From IMG/VR virus record IMGVR_UViG_3300012667_000325, positions 1 to 57,931 of that record: DNA of 57,931 nt. One strand, 5' to 3'. A model generated the notes under the pieces. It did not search any database. It was not told where the DNA came from and saw only the letters and a list, made by a program, of their open reading frames with translations. This DNA comes from a virus (Duplodnaviria; Caudoviricetes). This document shows positions 47,235-57,255 of this stretch, piece after piece. Each line of letters starts with the position of its first letter. The stretch's first letter is position 1. Both the position numbers and the translations under genes were made by a program.

Positions 47235-49817
47235 ATGGCACAAGTACCTAGCAACCTAATCCCCCTGCGCGTCACCCAGCTGCCCACCGCGCCCGTGGCG
47301 TCGGAAGACAGCTTGATGATGATTGTCTACCAAGGCAACAACTATCAAATCCGCGTCGGTGACCTGCTCAGCGTGGCCGGTGTACCTACGAGCCGTCAAG
47401 TCATTGCCGGTACAGGTTTGTCCGGCGGCGGCGCTCTTGAGAACAACGTCACCCTGAGCGTGGCCTCAAAGGGTATCAACGGCTCGTTGCTCGCTGACAC
47501 CGGCGTGACTGCGGGCGTTTACGGCACTGCGACCCGTATCCCCGTGATGACCGTGGACTCCACCGGTCGCGTCACCGCTGCCAGCTCCCTGCCCGTTGAG
47601 GTGTCAGGTTACGTGCCTGAGAGCCGTGAGATTATTGCTGGCGCGGGTTTGACCGGCGGAGGCACTCTGAACGCCAACGTAACGCTCGCGGCTGACCTCG
47701 CTGACACAACCCCAGAGGCTGGGTTCCAAAGCGGCAGCGCAGGCACCTCAGATGCCGTCTCTCGCGCTGATCACAAACACCCTGCGGTTGACCTGTCAAG
47801 CGATGACGAAGTCGACAACCTACTCGGCCTGAGCAACGGCGGTACAGCTAAGAGCCTCGTGCCTGACGCTGGCGCTATCATCTGGTGCGGCGCTGACGGC
47901 TTGTATGTTGGCCCCGTGGGTCAGTCTGGTCAGGTTCTGGTTTCTAACGGAACAGGTGAGTACACTTGGGGTTCTGCGCTGATCGTGTCGCCTCAACCCG
48001 CTAACACGTTCTTTGCCGGCCCGACCAGCGGCGGTAGCTCAGATCCGTTGTTCCGCGCACTGGTCAACGCTGACCTACCTGATACGGCAGCCGTTGCGGG
48101 TACTTACGGCTCGCTGACCGCGATCCCTATCATTACCGTGAACGATAAAGGCGTCGTTACCTCTATCACCTCGACCAGCTTTACCGGCGGCCTTGAGTAC
48201 AAAGGTAACTGGAACGCGAGCACTAACACTCCGACACTCACCTCAAGCGTAGGCACCAACGGTAACTACTACACCGTGAGCGTGGCCGGTACAACCAACC
48301 TGAACGGTATCACCGACTGGCAGGTAGGTGACTGGGCTATTTTCAACGGCTCTGAGTGGCAAAAGATTGACCAAAGTAACACCGTGACCTCGGTTAACGG
48401 TGAAGTCGGGGCCGTAGTGCTCGATTACGCTGACGTAGGCGCGCCTTCCGCAACGGGAACGGGTGCCTCGGGCACTTGGGCTATCGACATCAGCGGCAAC
48501 GCCGCAACAGTGACGAACGGCGTGTATACGAACGGCAGCTATGCTGACCCAACGTGGTTGACTTCGCTCGCAGGTAGCAAGATCTCAGGCGACATCTCCG
48601 GCAACGCTGCTAACGTCACAGGTACGGTTGCGGTGCTGAACGGCGGCACAGGTGCTACTACCGCCAGCGGCGCTAGAACCAACCTCGGCTCTACTGCCGT
48701 GGGTGATGCGGTCTTCACAGCGGTTGATGCTGCTGCGGGACGTTCGGCCTTAGGTGCTGCGGCATCAGGCGCTAACGCTGACATCACTAGTATGTCCGGC
48801 TTGAGCGGTGGTATAACCACCCCTGACTACATCACTTTTGACGTCACCCCAGAAACTGTACCCACCGCCGCCGGTTCGCTGTACTGGGACTCGGCAAACG
48901 GTAACCAGACTTTGTCGCTGGTGATGGTTGGCGGTAACGCCATTCAACAGATCGGTCAGGAAATCTACTACCGCATCAGGGCCAGCTCGGCTATCACCGA
49001 AGGCCAAGCTGTCATGTTCACCGGTACGGTGGGCGGTAGCGGTGCGTTGACCGGTGCGCCCGCTTCCGGCCTCACAGCGGCCACGGCGAGTTATTTCATG
49101 GGTGTGGCTACGGAAGACATCGCCCTGAACGATTGGGGTTACGTTACTTACTTCGGCCTCGTACGTGGTATCAACACCACGGGCGGTGCTGAGGCGTGGG
49201 TCGATGGTCAAATTTTGTACCTAGACCCAACCGTGGCTGGCGGTTTGACTAAGACCCTACCCGCCGCCCCCGCCCCTAAGGTTCAAGTCTGCGCAGTGGT
49301 TAACGCCGCCTCTGGCGGTAGTGGTTCGTTGTTTATCCGCCCTGCGTTCGGTGGTGAACTCGGCCAGTATGAGGGTGATGTGCAAGTCACGACCCCTGCT
49401 AACGGTCAGTTACTCATCCGTGACCAAACCGCCGGCAAGTGGGTTAACGCTACACTGACTGACGGTACGGGTATCAGCGTTACCGAGGGCGCGGGTACAG
49501 TGACGGTCACCAACACCGCACCTGATCAAGTTGTCAGCCTGACCGGAGCGGGAACAACGGCGGTCACCGGCACGTACCCCAACTTCACTATCACGTCAAA
49601 TGACGCTTACACCGGAACAGTGACCTCGGTGGGTGGAACGGGAACTGTGAGCGGTATCAGCCTGAGCGGTACGGTGACCACTAGCGGTAACCTGACACTG
49701 GGCGGAACGCTTGATTTGAGCGCCCCGCCTGCTATTGGCGGCGTTACCCCTGCCGCCATCACCGGCACCACAATAACCGCCACCACGTATGTTGGCATGA
49801 ACGGAGGCACATTCTGA
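47235..49817 (+). CDS. Tail fibre protein
   Basis: ~860 aa, G/T/S-rich. Repeated AGTYG...VDSTGRVT, YKGNWNASTNTP and GTVTSV fibre motifs. Confidence 0.85.
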   Translation: MAQVPSNLIPLRVTQLPTAPVASEDSLMMIVYQGNNYQIRVGDLLSVAGVPTSRQVIAGTGLSGGGALENNVTLSVASKGINGSLLADTGVTAGVYGTATRIPVMTVDSTGRVTAASSLPVEVSGYVPESREIIAGAGLTGGGTLNANVTLAADLADTTPEAGFQSGSAGTSDAVSRADHKHPAVDLSSDDEVDNLLGLSNGGTAKSLVPDAGAIIWCGADGLYVGPVGQSGQVLVSNGTGEYTWGSALIVSPQPANTFFAGPTSGGSSDPLFRALVNADLPDTAAVAGTYGSLTAIPIITVNDKGVVTSITSTSFTGGLEYKGNWNASTNTPTLTSSVGTNGNYYTVSVAGTTNLNGITDWQVGDWAIFNGSEWQKIDQSNTVTSVNGEVGAVVLDYADVGAPSATGTGASGTWAIDISGNAATVTNGVYTNGSYADPTWLTSLAGSKISGDISGNAANVTGTVAVLNGGTGATTASGARTNLGSTAVGDAVFTAVDAAAGRSALGAAASGANADITSMSGLSGGITTPDYITFDVTPETVPTAAGSLYWDSANGNQTLSLVMVGGNAIQQIGQEIYYRIRASSAITEGQAVMFTGTVGGSGALTGAPASGLTAATASYFMGVATEDIALNDWGYVTYFGLVRGINTTGGAEAWVDGQILYLDPTVAGGLTKTLPAAPAPKVQVCAVVNAASGGSGSLFIRPAFGGELGQYEGDVQVTTPANGQLLIRDQTAGKWVNATLTDGTGISVTEGAGTVTVTNTAPDQVVSLTGAGTTAVTGTYPNFTITSNDAYTGTVTSVGGTGTVSGISLSGTVTTSGNLTLGGTLDLSAPPAIGGVTPAAITGTTITATTYVGMNGGTF

Positions 49818-50152
49818 TGCTGGAAGAATTCATCAAACGTCAATTCAAGGTGCGTGACGCAGCCCAGCGCGCGCACTGGACAACTGACTCAGGGTTTCAA
49901 CACGAAACGCTGTGTGGGTTTTATGAGGGAATCGCGAGTCAGACGGACACCTTCGTAGAGGCGTATGTGGCCGCGACACGTGAAAAGCCAGAGTCCACAG
50001 AGGCGATCGCTGAGAAGATTCGCAGTGAAATGATGTGGCTCGCCAAGAACCGCGAAGAGCTAGCAAAGCAAATTCCAGCGTTGGAGAATATAATTGACGA
50101 AGTCTCTAAGTTATACCTTGACACGCTGTTTAAACTTGAGAACCTGAGGTAA
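49817..50152 (+). CDS. Ferritin/Dps-like four-helix protein (DUF5856-like)
   Basis: AHWTT...QHETL..FYE...DTFVEAY...LENIIDE...LFKL. Confidence 0.65.
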   Translation: MLEEFIKRQFKVRDAAQRAHWTTDSGFQHETLCGFYEGIASQTDTFVEAYVAATREKPESTEAIAEKIRSEMMWLAKNREELAKQIPALENIIDEVSKLYLDTLFKLENLR

Positions 50153-50158
50153 AAACAC

Positions 50159-50779
50159 ATGCCACAAACCGGCTACACACCCATTCAGACGTACCACTCG
50201 TCCACAGCAGGAAACACGCCCTCGGCGGGCAACCTCGTGAACGGCGAGTTGGCGGTCAACATCGCAGACGAAAAGCTGTTCATCAAGAACGCCAGCGGCA
50301 CTGTTAAGGTCATTGCTGCGAGTAACTTCGTCGACCAAACCGGCTCGGCAGTGTGGTTGACCTCGGTTAGCGGTACAAACACTATCACTGCTACCGCTAC
50401 TCCTACGTTCGCTGCTTACATCACCGGTATGAGTTTCCGCTTTGTGGCGGCGAACTCAAACACCGGCCCTGTGACGATTAACATCGGCGGCCTCGGCGCT
50501 AAGGCTATCACCAAGAACGGCGCTGAGGCGTTGGGCGCGGATGACATCCTCGCAGGTGCAGCGGTCACAATCATCTACGACGGCACTGAGTTTCAGCTGT
50601 CTGCCGGAGCTGGCGCAGGTAACAGCGGCGCTAACGGTGCGATGATCGTCAACAAGACCACGGTCACTGCTGACTACACCCTGCCCAGCGGTAGTAACGC
50701 GATCTCGGTCGGCCCTGTGACCATTGACAGCGGCGCTGCGGTGACCGTGTCTAGCGGTCAGCGTTGGTTGATTCTCTAA
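50159..50779 (+). CDS. Tail fibre-associated protein
   Basis: GELAVNIADEKLFIK, NTGPVTINIGGLGAKAI and SVGPVTI motifs. Confidence 0.7.
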   Translation: MPQTGYTPIQTYHSSTAGNTPSAGNLVNGELAVNIADEKLFIKNASGTVKVIAASNFVDQTGSAVWLTSVSGTNTITATATPTFAAYITGMSFRFVAANSNTGPVTINIGGLGAKAITKNGAEALGADDILAGAAVTIIYDGTEFQLSAGAGAGNSGANGAMIVNKTTVTADYTLPSGSNAISVGPVTIDSGAAVTVSSGQRWLIL

Positions 50780-50788
50780 GGAAAGAAC

Positions 50789-51865
50789 ATGACATACGGA
50801 ACATTAAACGTAGACAGCGTTGTCAACTCTGACGGCGTAACGTCAGGGGGCTTGTACGGCTTCAAGAACCGCATCATCAATGGTGCGATGGTGATTGACC
50901 AGCGTAATGCGGGGGCTACACTGAGCCTCGCTTCTACAGTTACCGCCTTGTACGCCACTGATCGTTTTTACGCATACCAAGACAAGTCAGGCGTAACAGG
51001 CACTGTTGGTCAGTCTACTGACGCGCCAGCAGGATTTAAAAACTCTTATGCTGTGACTATCACAACAGGTTCGGCATCGGCTTCAGGTGACCAAAGTTTT
51101 ATTCAGCAAGGTATTGAAGGCTTAAATGTCGCAGACTTGGGTTTTGGAACGGCTAGTGCACAAGCTGTCACAGTCTCGTTTTGGGTGAAGTCCAGCATTA
51201 CCGGCACGAACGGTTTTAGTATCAGCAACAGCGCCGGTAACCGTTGGTATGTTGGCTCTTACACCATCAACGCTGCAAATACTTGGGAATACAAAACAAC
51301 CACAATTCCGGGCGACACAAGCGGGACTTGGCTGACCACAAACGGCATGGGTATTCGCTTGCGTTTCAACATCGGCAGTGGCTCAAGTTTCTTGGGCGCT
51401 GCTGGCTCGTGGGGCTCCTCAATCTACAACGGCCCAACAGGTTCGTTTTCTACTACTGGAACTTCCGGCGCAACTCTGTACATCACAGGCGTTCAACTAG
51501 AAAAAGGCAGCACAGCCACATCGTTTGACTACCGCCCGTATGGTACTGAGTTGGTGCTGTGTCAGCGGTATTACCAGATTTGCAAGACGGCTTTTGGCGC
51601 TGGTAACTCAGCAACAGCAGTTGCTCTTTCTCTTGCTTTCCGTGTGGATATGAGAGCAGCTCCTACTGTTGGAGAGCAAGGAGCTATGTATGTTTCCGAT
51701 GGTTTTGTTGATTCGTTACAAAGTTCCGCAAGCCTTACTGGATTAGTTGGGAGCACTGACTCTTACATCCTTTTGCTAAACAACTTTACTGGTTTGACGA
51801 CCAGTCGTGTGTACTTTGTTCGTCTTAACAACAACAACGGATTCACACTTTCTGCGGAGCTATAA
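50789..51865 (+). CDS. Tail fibre / receptor-binding protein with carbohydrate-binding-like domain
   Basis: KNRIINGAMVIDQR...GVQLEKGSTATSFDYRPYGTEL.LCQRYY module. Confidence 0.78.
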   Translation: MTYGTLNVDSVVNSDGVTSGGLYGFKNRIINGAMVIDQRNAGATLSLASTVTALYATDRFYAYQDKSGVTGTVGQSTDAPAGFKNSYAVTITTGSASASGDQSFIQQGIEGLNVADLGFGTASAQAVTVSFWVKSSITGTNGFSISNSAGNRWYVGSYTINAANTWEYKTTTIPGDTSGTWLTTNGMGIRLRFNIGSGSSFLGAAGSWGSSIYNGPTGSFSTTGTSGATLYITGVQLEKGSTATSFDYRPYGTELVLCQRYYQICKTAFGAGNSATAVALSLAFRVDMRAAPTVGEQGAMYVSDGFVDSLQSSASLTGLVGSTDSYILLLNNFTGLTTSRVYFVRLNNNNGFTLSAEL

Positions 51866-52030
51866 ATGTACAAATTATGTAAAAGCAATGGGGTTGTGGT
51901 TTCAGTGAGACGCCTGTCAGATGGCGCTTGCATCCCCTTCGACCCTGCCAATACAGACTACCAAGCCTATTTGAAATGGCTGGCCGAGGGCAACACGCCT
52001 GAACCAGCAGATGAACAAGGAGCCGAATAA
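51866..52030 (+). CDS. Small tail-fibre assembly protein (not in ORF track)
   Basis: 54 aa containing [27 protein letters not shown]. Confidence 0.7.
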   Translation: MYKLCKSNGVVVSVRRLSDGACIPFDPANTDYQAYLKWLAEGNTPEPADEQGAE

Positions 52031-52932
52031 TGGCATCAACGATTAATGGAACAAGCACTGGCAACGGTGGCCTCATCACCACTGGTGACGACTCTGGCGT
52101 ATTGCAACTGCAAACTAACGAGACTACAGCGGTCACTATTGATGCGAGTCAGAACGTAGGTGTTGGCACAGCTTCGCCCTCTGCAAAACTTGATGTGCGC
52201 GGGATTGCGCGTGTCAATGAGGACAACGCTGGAACAAAGGTAATTCAACTTCGCAGCGATTGGGCTGGTGTTGGTCCAGCAGTTCAAGTTGCAACTAATG
52301 ACCCGCTTCTGTTTGTTAGTAACGGTTCTGAACGCGCCCGTATTGACACTAGCGGTAACTTGTTGGTGGGGACTACAAGTACATCTAACGCAAGCGTTAT
52401 TCAAACAGCAACAACCAACGCTTATAGTTTACAAGCGATAAACACAGCTGCATCAAACCCATACGGTATCAATTCTAAATATAGCGGCGCAGCACCTAAC
52501 AGCGGTGGTTTTGAGTTTTTGATGTGCCAAGATACTTCGTCGGCAAGAATGTATGTTCGCTCAAACGGCGGTATCAGCAATTTCTCGGCAAACAACACCA
52601 ACTTGTCTGATCGCAGGGAGAAGATGAACTTTGCCCCAGCCAAGTCATACCTTGATGTGATCTGCGCCATTCCTGTGCAGACGTACAACTACATCGACCA
52701 GAATCTTGAGGAAGATGATGGTTTGACATTGGGTGTTGTTGCTCAGGATGTGCAAGCTGTCGCACCAGAGTTGGTGACTGAATCTGATTGGTCAGCGGAA
52801 AAAGACGGCTCAAAGATGCGTCTGTCTATCTACCAAACAGATATGCAGTATGCCTTGATGAAGTGCATCCAAGAACAACAAGCCCTAATCACAACACTCA
52901 CTGAGCGCATCACCGCGCTGGAGGCTAAATAA
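52030..52932 (+). CDS. Tail fibre with C-terminal intramolecular chaperone (peptidase S74)
   Basis: ERARIDTSGNLLVG, SDRREK cleavage motif, GVVAQDV and a terminal coiled coil. Confidence 0.85.
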   Translation: MASTINGTSTGNGGLITTGDDSGVLQLQTNETTAVTIDASQNVGVGTASPSAKLDVRGIARVNEDNAGTKVIQLRSDWAGVGPAVQVATNDPLLFVSNGSERARIDTSGNLLVGTTSTSNASVIQTATTNAYSLQAINTAASNPYGINSKYSGAAPNSGGFEFLMCQDTSSARMYVRSNGGISNFSANNTNLSDRREKMNFAPAKSYLDVICAIPVQTYNYIDQNLEEDDGLTLGVVAQDVQAVAPELVTESDWSAEKDGSKMRLSIYQTDMQYALMKCIQEQQALITTLTERITALEAK

Positions 52933-54155
52933 TGACAGTCGTAATTAACGGTACAACGGGGATTACCAACCCCAACAGCGTGACCATCGGTAGCGGTGGC
53001 AGCAACGTGGCGACTAACCTTGCGATGGGCTATAACACCCTATCGGCAAACACATCTGGTAGCGACAACGTGGCCGTTGGTAGCGGGAGTTCTGGTGTCT
53101 ATCCAGCAGCTATGCAAAACAACACCACAGGCTCTCGTCAAACGGTTGTCGGTAATGCTGCTTTAGCTGCAAACACAACAGGAACGCAGAACACAGCAAT
53201 TGGTTACGGGTCGATGTATTCAAATACGACTGGCAACTACAACGTGGCTCTTGGTTTGCAAAGTCTTTTCTCCAACACCACAGCCTCTAACAACACTGCT
53301 GTGGGTTATCAGGCTGGCTACAACAACACTACAGGAACTCAAAACGTATTCCAAGGCAGTTATTCTGGCTACAACAACACCACTGGCAGCTACAACACAT
53401 CGTTGGGTTACAACGCTTATGCCGTAAGCGGAACTGCTGCGACAGGCAACAACAACACTGCTGTGGGTCACACTGCGCTTAACCAAAATACCACAGGAGG
53501 AAACAACGTAGCTGTGGGTTTTTACGCTCTTGCCACTAGCACAACGGGAACAGAAAACATAGCTGTTGGCGCAACTGCGCTTAATAACCTTACCACTGGT
53601 GCCAACAATATTGCTATTGGCTATAACGCTGGTACTTACGTAACGGCATTGACGACTGGTGGTTCCAATATTTTAATTGGCAACTACAGCAAGACTAGCT
53701 CCGCATCTGGAGCAAATCAAATTGTCATGGGCTATGACGCTACTGGAAAAGGCGACAATACTTTTTACCAAAGCAGAGGCAGTTCTTACAACGGCGGAAA
53801 CACAAGCACTTGGAACACTACATCTGACCGCCGCTTGAAAAAGAACATCGTTGACAACAATGAAGGTTTGAGCAAGTTAGTTGGGGTACAAATCCGCAAC
53901 TTTGAGTATCGCCTGAAAGAGGAAATCACAGAAATTGATTCTTCAAACGTGATTGAGAAAGAAGGCGTACAGCTTGGTGTAATTGCTCAAGAACTCCAAC
54001 AGGTTTTGCCTGAGTGCGTAAAAGAGCAAAGCACTGGTGTTTTGTCTGTTGATTCTGACAATTTGCAGTGGTACTTGATTAACGCAATCAAAGAACTCAA
54101 CGCAAAAGTAGACGCACAAGCTGCTGAAATCGCAGCACTGAAAGGACAAGTATGA
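52932..54155 (+). CDS. Tail fibre/spike with NTAVG beta-roll repeats and peptidase S74 chaperone
   Basis: ~14-aa repeats (NTTG..NTA.G..AL), SDRRLK and GVIAQE. Confidence 0.85.
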   Translation: MTVVINGTTGITNPNSVTIGSGGSNVATNLAMGYNTLSANTSGSDNVAVGSGSSGVYPAAMQNNTTGSRQTVVGNAALAANTTGTQNTAIGYGSMYSNTTGNYNVALGLQSLFSNTTASNNTAVGYQAGYNNTTGTQNVFQGSYSGYNNTTGSYNTSLGYNAYAVSGTAATGNNNTAVGHTALNQNTTGGNNVAVGFYALATSTTGTENIAVGATALNNLTTGANNIAIGYNAGTYVTALTTGGSNILIGNYSKTSSASGANQIVMGYDATGKGDNTFYQSRGSSYNGGNTSTWNTTSDRRLKKNIVDNNEGLSKLVGVQIRNFEYRLKEEITEIDSSNVIEKEGVQLGVIAQELQQVLPECVKEQSTGVLSVDSDNLQWYLINAIKELNAKVDAQAAEIAALKGQV

Positions 54156-54355
54156 ACGAACTGAAAACAATCTCAATCGACGGCGTGGAGCATGACTTCA
54201 CCGCATTCACCAACGAGCAAAAAGCCTACGTTGCGCAGATTAACGATTTGAACTCCAAGCTCGGCGGCCTGCAGATGCAAGCCGACCAGTTCTCCGTCGC
54301 ACGTGACGCTTTTGTCGGCATGTTGAAACAATCCTTAGTCAAAACGGGTGAGTAA
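54152..54355 (+). CDS. Small coiled-coil protein
   Basis: 67 aa starting with ISIDGVEH; follows the fibre genes. Confidence 0.6.
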   Translation: MNELKTISIDGVEHDFTAFTNEQKAYVAQINDLNSKLGGLQMQADQFSVARDAFVGMLKQSLVKTGE

Positions 54356-54558
54356 TGGACACGATCTCAGTAACAGCGGCCCGCTTGGATACTCATGAAG
54401 CAGTGTGTGCTCAACGCTATGAGACGATCACAGACCGGCTTGAAAAGGGCGCGGAGCGTATGGACAAGATGCAATACCTGATTTACGCAGTTCTTGCGGC
54501 TGTCCTGCTCGGGCCTGGAGCTGCGGCTGAGTTCTTCAAGAAGCTGATCGGCCTCTAA
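54355..54558 (+). CDS. Small membrane protein (holin/antiholin-like)
   Basis: HEAVCAQRY coiled coil plus a C-terminal transmembrane segment; start of the lysis block. Confidence 0.55.
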   Translation: MDTISVTAARLDTHEAVCAQRYETITDRLEKGAERMDKMQYLIYAVLAAVLLGPGAAAEFFKKLIGL

Positions 54559-54560
54559 AT

Positions 54561-55340
54561 GTGGATCCGATCAGTCTTCTCCTCATGGCCCAGAGTGCGG
54601 TCGGCGCTATCCGCGCTGGCTGCCAGATGCTATCCGAGGGGAAGGCTGAAATCGGCAAGTTTAAAAAGCAAGTCGAAGGCGGGCTCGCAGACGCCAAAGC
54701 GATCTACAAAGAAGTCACTGGCCTCTGGGGATGGGTCACGGGTTTATTCGGAGCGCCTAAAAAACCTGCTGCGAGTGTTGTCGTTCAGCCCGCCCAACCC
54801 GCCGCCGAAGCCCCTAAGCCGAAAGCCAAAAAGCAAGCCGAACCCGAGCTGAGTTTTGAGGAGTTTCAGGCGCGAGCGGTGCACGAGATTTGTGAGAATT
54901 TGAAGGTCTATTTTGAGGCCATGCGACACTTGAAAGAACATTGTCGGGAACTTGAGGAAGAGGCTCTGGTCACAGAGAAAGTTGCCGACAGTGCTATTGA
55001 CCGTATCGAGATCCAGTGGCAGATGCAACAGCTGTCTGCGCAACTGAAGCAAGCCATGATTTATGGTACGCCGAGGGAGCTGGGTCTAGGTGCGATGTAC
55101 GAGGACTTCCTTGAGAAGTATGACGAAATTGTTGAGGCGCAAGAGGTTGCTCGAGCCGTAAAAGCTAGAAACGAAAGAGACAAAGCGTGGCAACGAGACC
55201 TCCTCAAGCATCACAGAATAGACAGGGCGCTAACGGGGGTGGCGGTGCTGGTAATGGTCGCGTGGATGTGGGGCATAGTGCTATCGCTCGCATGGCTCGT
55301 GAAGACACCCAGTGGTTTATTGTCGCCGTTGTTATCCTGA
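54561..55340 (+). CDS. Membrane-anchored coiled-coil protein
   Basis: MDPISLL N-terminus and a C-terminal transmembrane segment. Confidence 0.6.
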   Translation: MDPISLLLMAQSAVGAIRAGCQMLSEGKAEIGKFKKQVEGGLADAKAIYKEVTGLWGWVTGLFGAPKKPAASVVVQPAQPAAEAPKPKAKKQAEPELSFEEFQARAVHEICENLKVYFEAMRHLKEHCRELEEEALVTEKVADSAIDRIEIQWQMQQLSAQLKQAMIYGTPRELGLGAMYEDFLEKYDEIVEAQEVARAVKARNERDKAWQRDLLKHHRIDRALTGVAVLVMVAWMWGIVLSLAWLVKTPSGLLSPLLS

Positions 55341-55474
55341 GTCTGGTGTTGTTTTTAGCCCTGCCAATGTCCCTGCTAGTGTTAGTAGAGACCGAGAAGA
55401 TGAAGGCTGAAATCCGTAAGGAGACCCGCGAACTGCGCAGGCTCAAAGAGGAAGTGAAGGAAAAACTGAAATGA
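55187..55474 (+). CDS. Membrane protein (transmembrane segment plus coiled coil)
   Basis: WFIVAVVILSLVLFLALPMSLLVLV; start uncertain. Confidence 0.5.
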   Translation: MATRPPQASQNRQGANGGGGAGNGRVDVGHSAIARMAREDTQWFIVAVVILSLVLFLALPMSLLVLVETEKMKAEIRKETRELRRLKEEVKEKLK

Positions 55475-55689
55475 GATGGTTGATCATATTTGCGGCGTTG
55501 TTAGCCTTTGCACTCGCAGGATGTGAGGAGCGGTTCCGCTATCACTGCCAAGACCCCGCAAACTGGGCTCAGAAGCGTTGCCAACGCCCTGACTGCCAGT
55601 TCACCCAAGACTGCCCCGATTACCTTGTAGCCCCCGTACTGGAGAAGAAAATTGAAGTACCAACACCCGCAGCGTCTGCTGACCGCTGA
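55471..55689 (+). CDS. Cys-rich lipoprotein (possible o-spanin)
   Basis: LAFALAGC lipobox and RYHCQDPANW...C..P.C....C. Confidence 0.6.
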   Translation: MRWLIIFAALLAFALAGCEERFRYHCQDPANWAQKRCQRPDCQFTQDCPDYLVAPVLEKKIEVPTPAASADR

Positions 55690-56155
55690 AGAGTTTGAAG
55701 TCCGTATTTGGGGCTTTGTAGTCGTCATAGTTACGTTGATACTCGCCGGCATCGTAGGCTTTATGCTTTACAGCTTGGCCTACGTTACGCAGCCGTTGAA
55801 GTCTATGGCGCCGATGGATCAAGCCTTCGCCAAGATGCTCAACGACATCGTGCTGCTCGTGGTGGGTGGCATCGGTGGTGTGATGAGCCGTAAAGGTGTT
55901 CAGGCTGCCGCCGAGAAGATGGCCGCCTCACAGGTGACCCCACCCCCACAGCCCCAAGCCGTAGCGCCAAGTGTTAGCCCCGCGCCTACGGCTCAGTCGG
56001 GCATGTTTGACTTTAACTTCGGCGGATTCAAGAACCCTGAGTTAGACGAAGAGTGGCGCGCACCCCCGCCACCTACTACTCCTGCCGATTACGTCGACCC
56101 TGCCAAAGAGGAGATCGCCCATGAACGAGCAGCCGCTAAACTGGAGCAACCCTGA
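55652..56155 (+). CDS. Two-transmembrane protein (holin candidate)
   Basis: Two hydrophobic helices and a Pro-rich tail; in the lysis block. Confidence 0.55.
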   Translation: MKYQHPQRLLTAEEFEVRIWGFVVVIVTLILAGIVGFMLYSLAYVTQPLKSMAPMDQAFAKMLNDIVLLVVGGIGGVMSRKGVQAAAEKMAASQVTPPPQPQAVAPSVSPAPTAQSGMFDFNFGGFKNPELDEEWRAPPPPTTPADYVDPAKEEIAHERAAAKLEQP

Positions 56156-56580
56156 TGCTACCCAACCCTTGGATGCTGCTCGGCGCTATCGCTGTCGCTT
56201 TAACTGTGTATTTAACCGGCCACCATGTGGGTTATGCGCTGAAGGAGCAAGAGGATGCGATGCTGATCGCGCAGAAGAACCGAGAGATGCAGACTCAGAA
56301 GGATGAACAAGATGCAAAAGACGCCGTCGTTAAGCAAGATTTTGAAACTAAGCTGTCTAGCGTTATTGCTAGCCGCCCAAGGCTGTACGTCCCCCTCTCC
56401 GCCTCGAGTGGATGTGCCTCCGCTGCCGGCAACAATGGTCAAGCGCGAGCCGAACTTGACGGACAGACTGTTGAAGACCTTATCCGGCTCGTCGCCGAAG
56501 GTGACCGAGCAATCATCGAACTCAACTCCTGCATCGACCGGTACAACCAAGTAAAGGAGACCCTGAGTGGTAACCGCTGA
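56155..56580 (+). CDS. Rz-like i-spanin
   Basis: N-terminal transmembrane segment, coiled coil, RLYVP and EGDRAIIELNSCIDRY. Confidence 0.72.
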   Translation: MLPNPWMLLGAIAVALTVYLTGHHVGYALKEQEDAMLIAQKNREMQTQKDEQDAKDAVVKQDFETKLSSVIASRPRLYVPLSASSGCASAAGNNGQARAELDGQTVEDLIRLVAEGDRAIIELNSCIDRYNQVKETLSGNR

Positions 56581-57175
56581 ACAACTACAAAAACTGCACA
56601 TCGGCCCCCAGTGGGTTGAGGCGTTGAATGAGACCTTTGATCGCTTCGGAATCAAGTCCCTGCGCCAGCGCGCGGCCTTCATCGGCCAGTGCGGTCATGA
56701 GTGCGGCAACTTCCGTATTCTTGAAGAGAACCTGAACTACCGCGCCGCCACGCTGATGAAGCTCTGGCCCAAGCGTTTCCCCACTCTAGAGATCGCCAAC
56801 CAATATGCCGGAAACCCAAAGAAAATCGCCAACATGGTCTACGCTTCTCGAATGGGTAACCGTGATGAGTCATCTGGGGATGGTTACCGTTTTCGTGGTC
56901 GTGGGTGCATTCAACTTACTGGTCATGCTAACTATTTTCATGCTGGTCAGGCACTGGGCGTTGATTTTGTTATACAGCCTGACCTTGTGGCTACTCCAAA
57001 ATATGCAGCCCTGACTGCGGGTTGGTTCTGGTCTACGCACGGTTGTAACCCCATAGCTGATGATGCTAATTGGGCCGCTTTGACAAAGAAAATCAACGGC
57101 GGTACAATCGGCCTTGACGACCGAGTCAAACACACGAATGAAGCATTGAACGTATGTTCAGTCTGCACGGCTTAA
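56567..57175 (+). CDS. Endolysin, glycoside hydrolase family 19
   Basis: AAFIGQCGHEC, ENLNY, DGYRFRGRGCIQLTG and TKKINGG motifs. Confidence 0.92.
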   Translation: MVTAEQLQKLHIGPQWVEALNETFDRFGIKSLRQRAAFIGQCGHECGNFRILEENLNYRAATLMKLWPKRFPTLEIANQYAGNPKKIANMVYASRMGNRDESSGDGYRFRGRGCIQLTGHANYFHAGQALGVDFVIQPDLVATPKYAALTAGWFWSTHGCNPIADDANWAALTKKINGGTIGLDDRVKHTNEALNVCSVCTA

Positions 57176-57255
57176 AATTTGCCTCTATTCATGTTTTACA
57201 CCTATAATTTCCACCAGCGTTGGCTGAATCAGCTACTTACAATCTTGGAGTACCG

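Noticed and set aside
47235-54155. Diversity-generating retroelement or invertible fibre cassette
   Set aside because: No reverse transcriptase, template/variable repeat pair, invertase or inverted fibre genes were seen.
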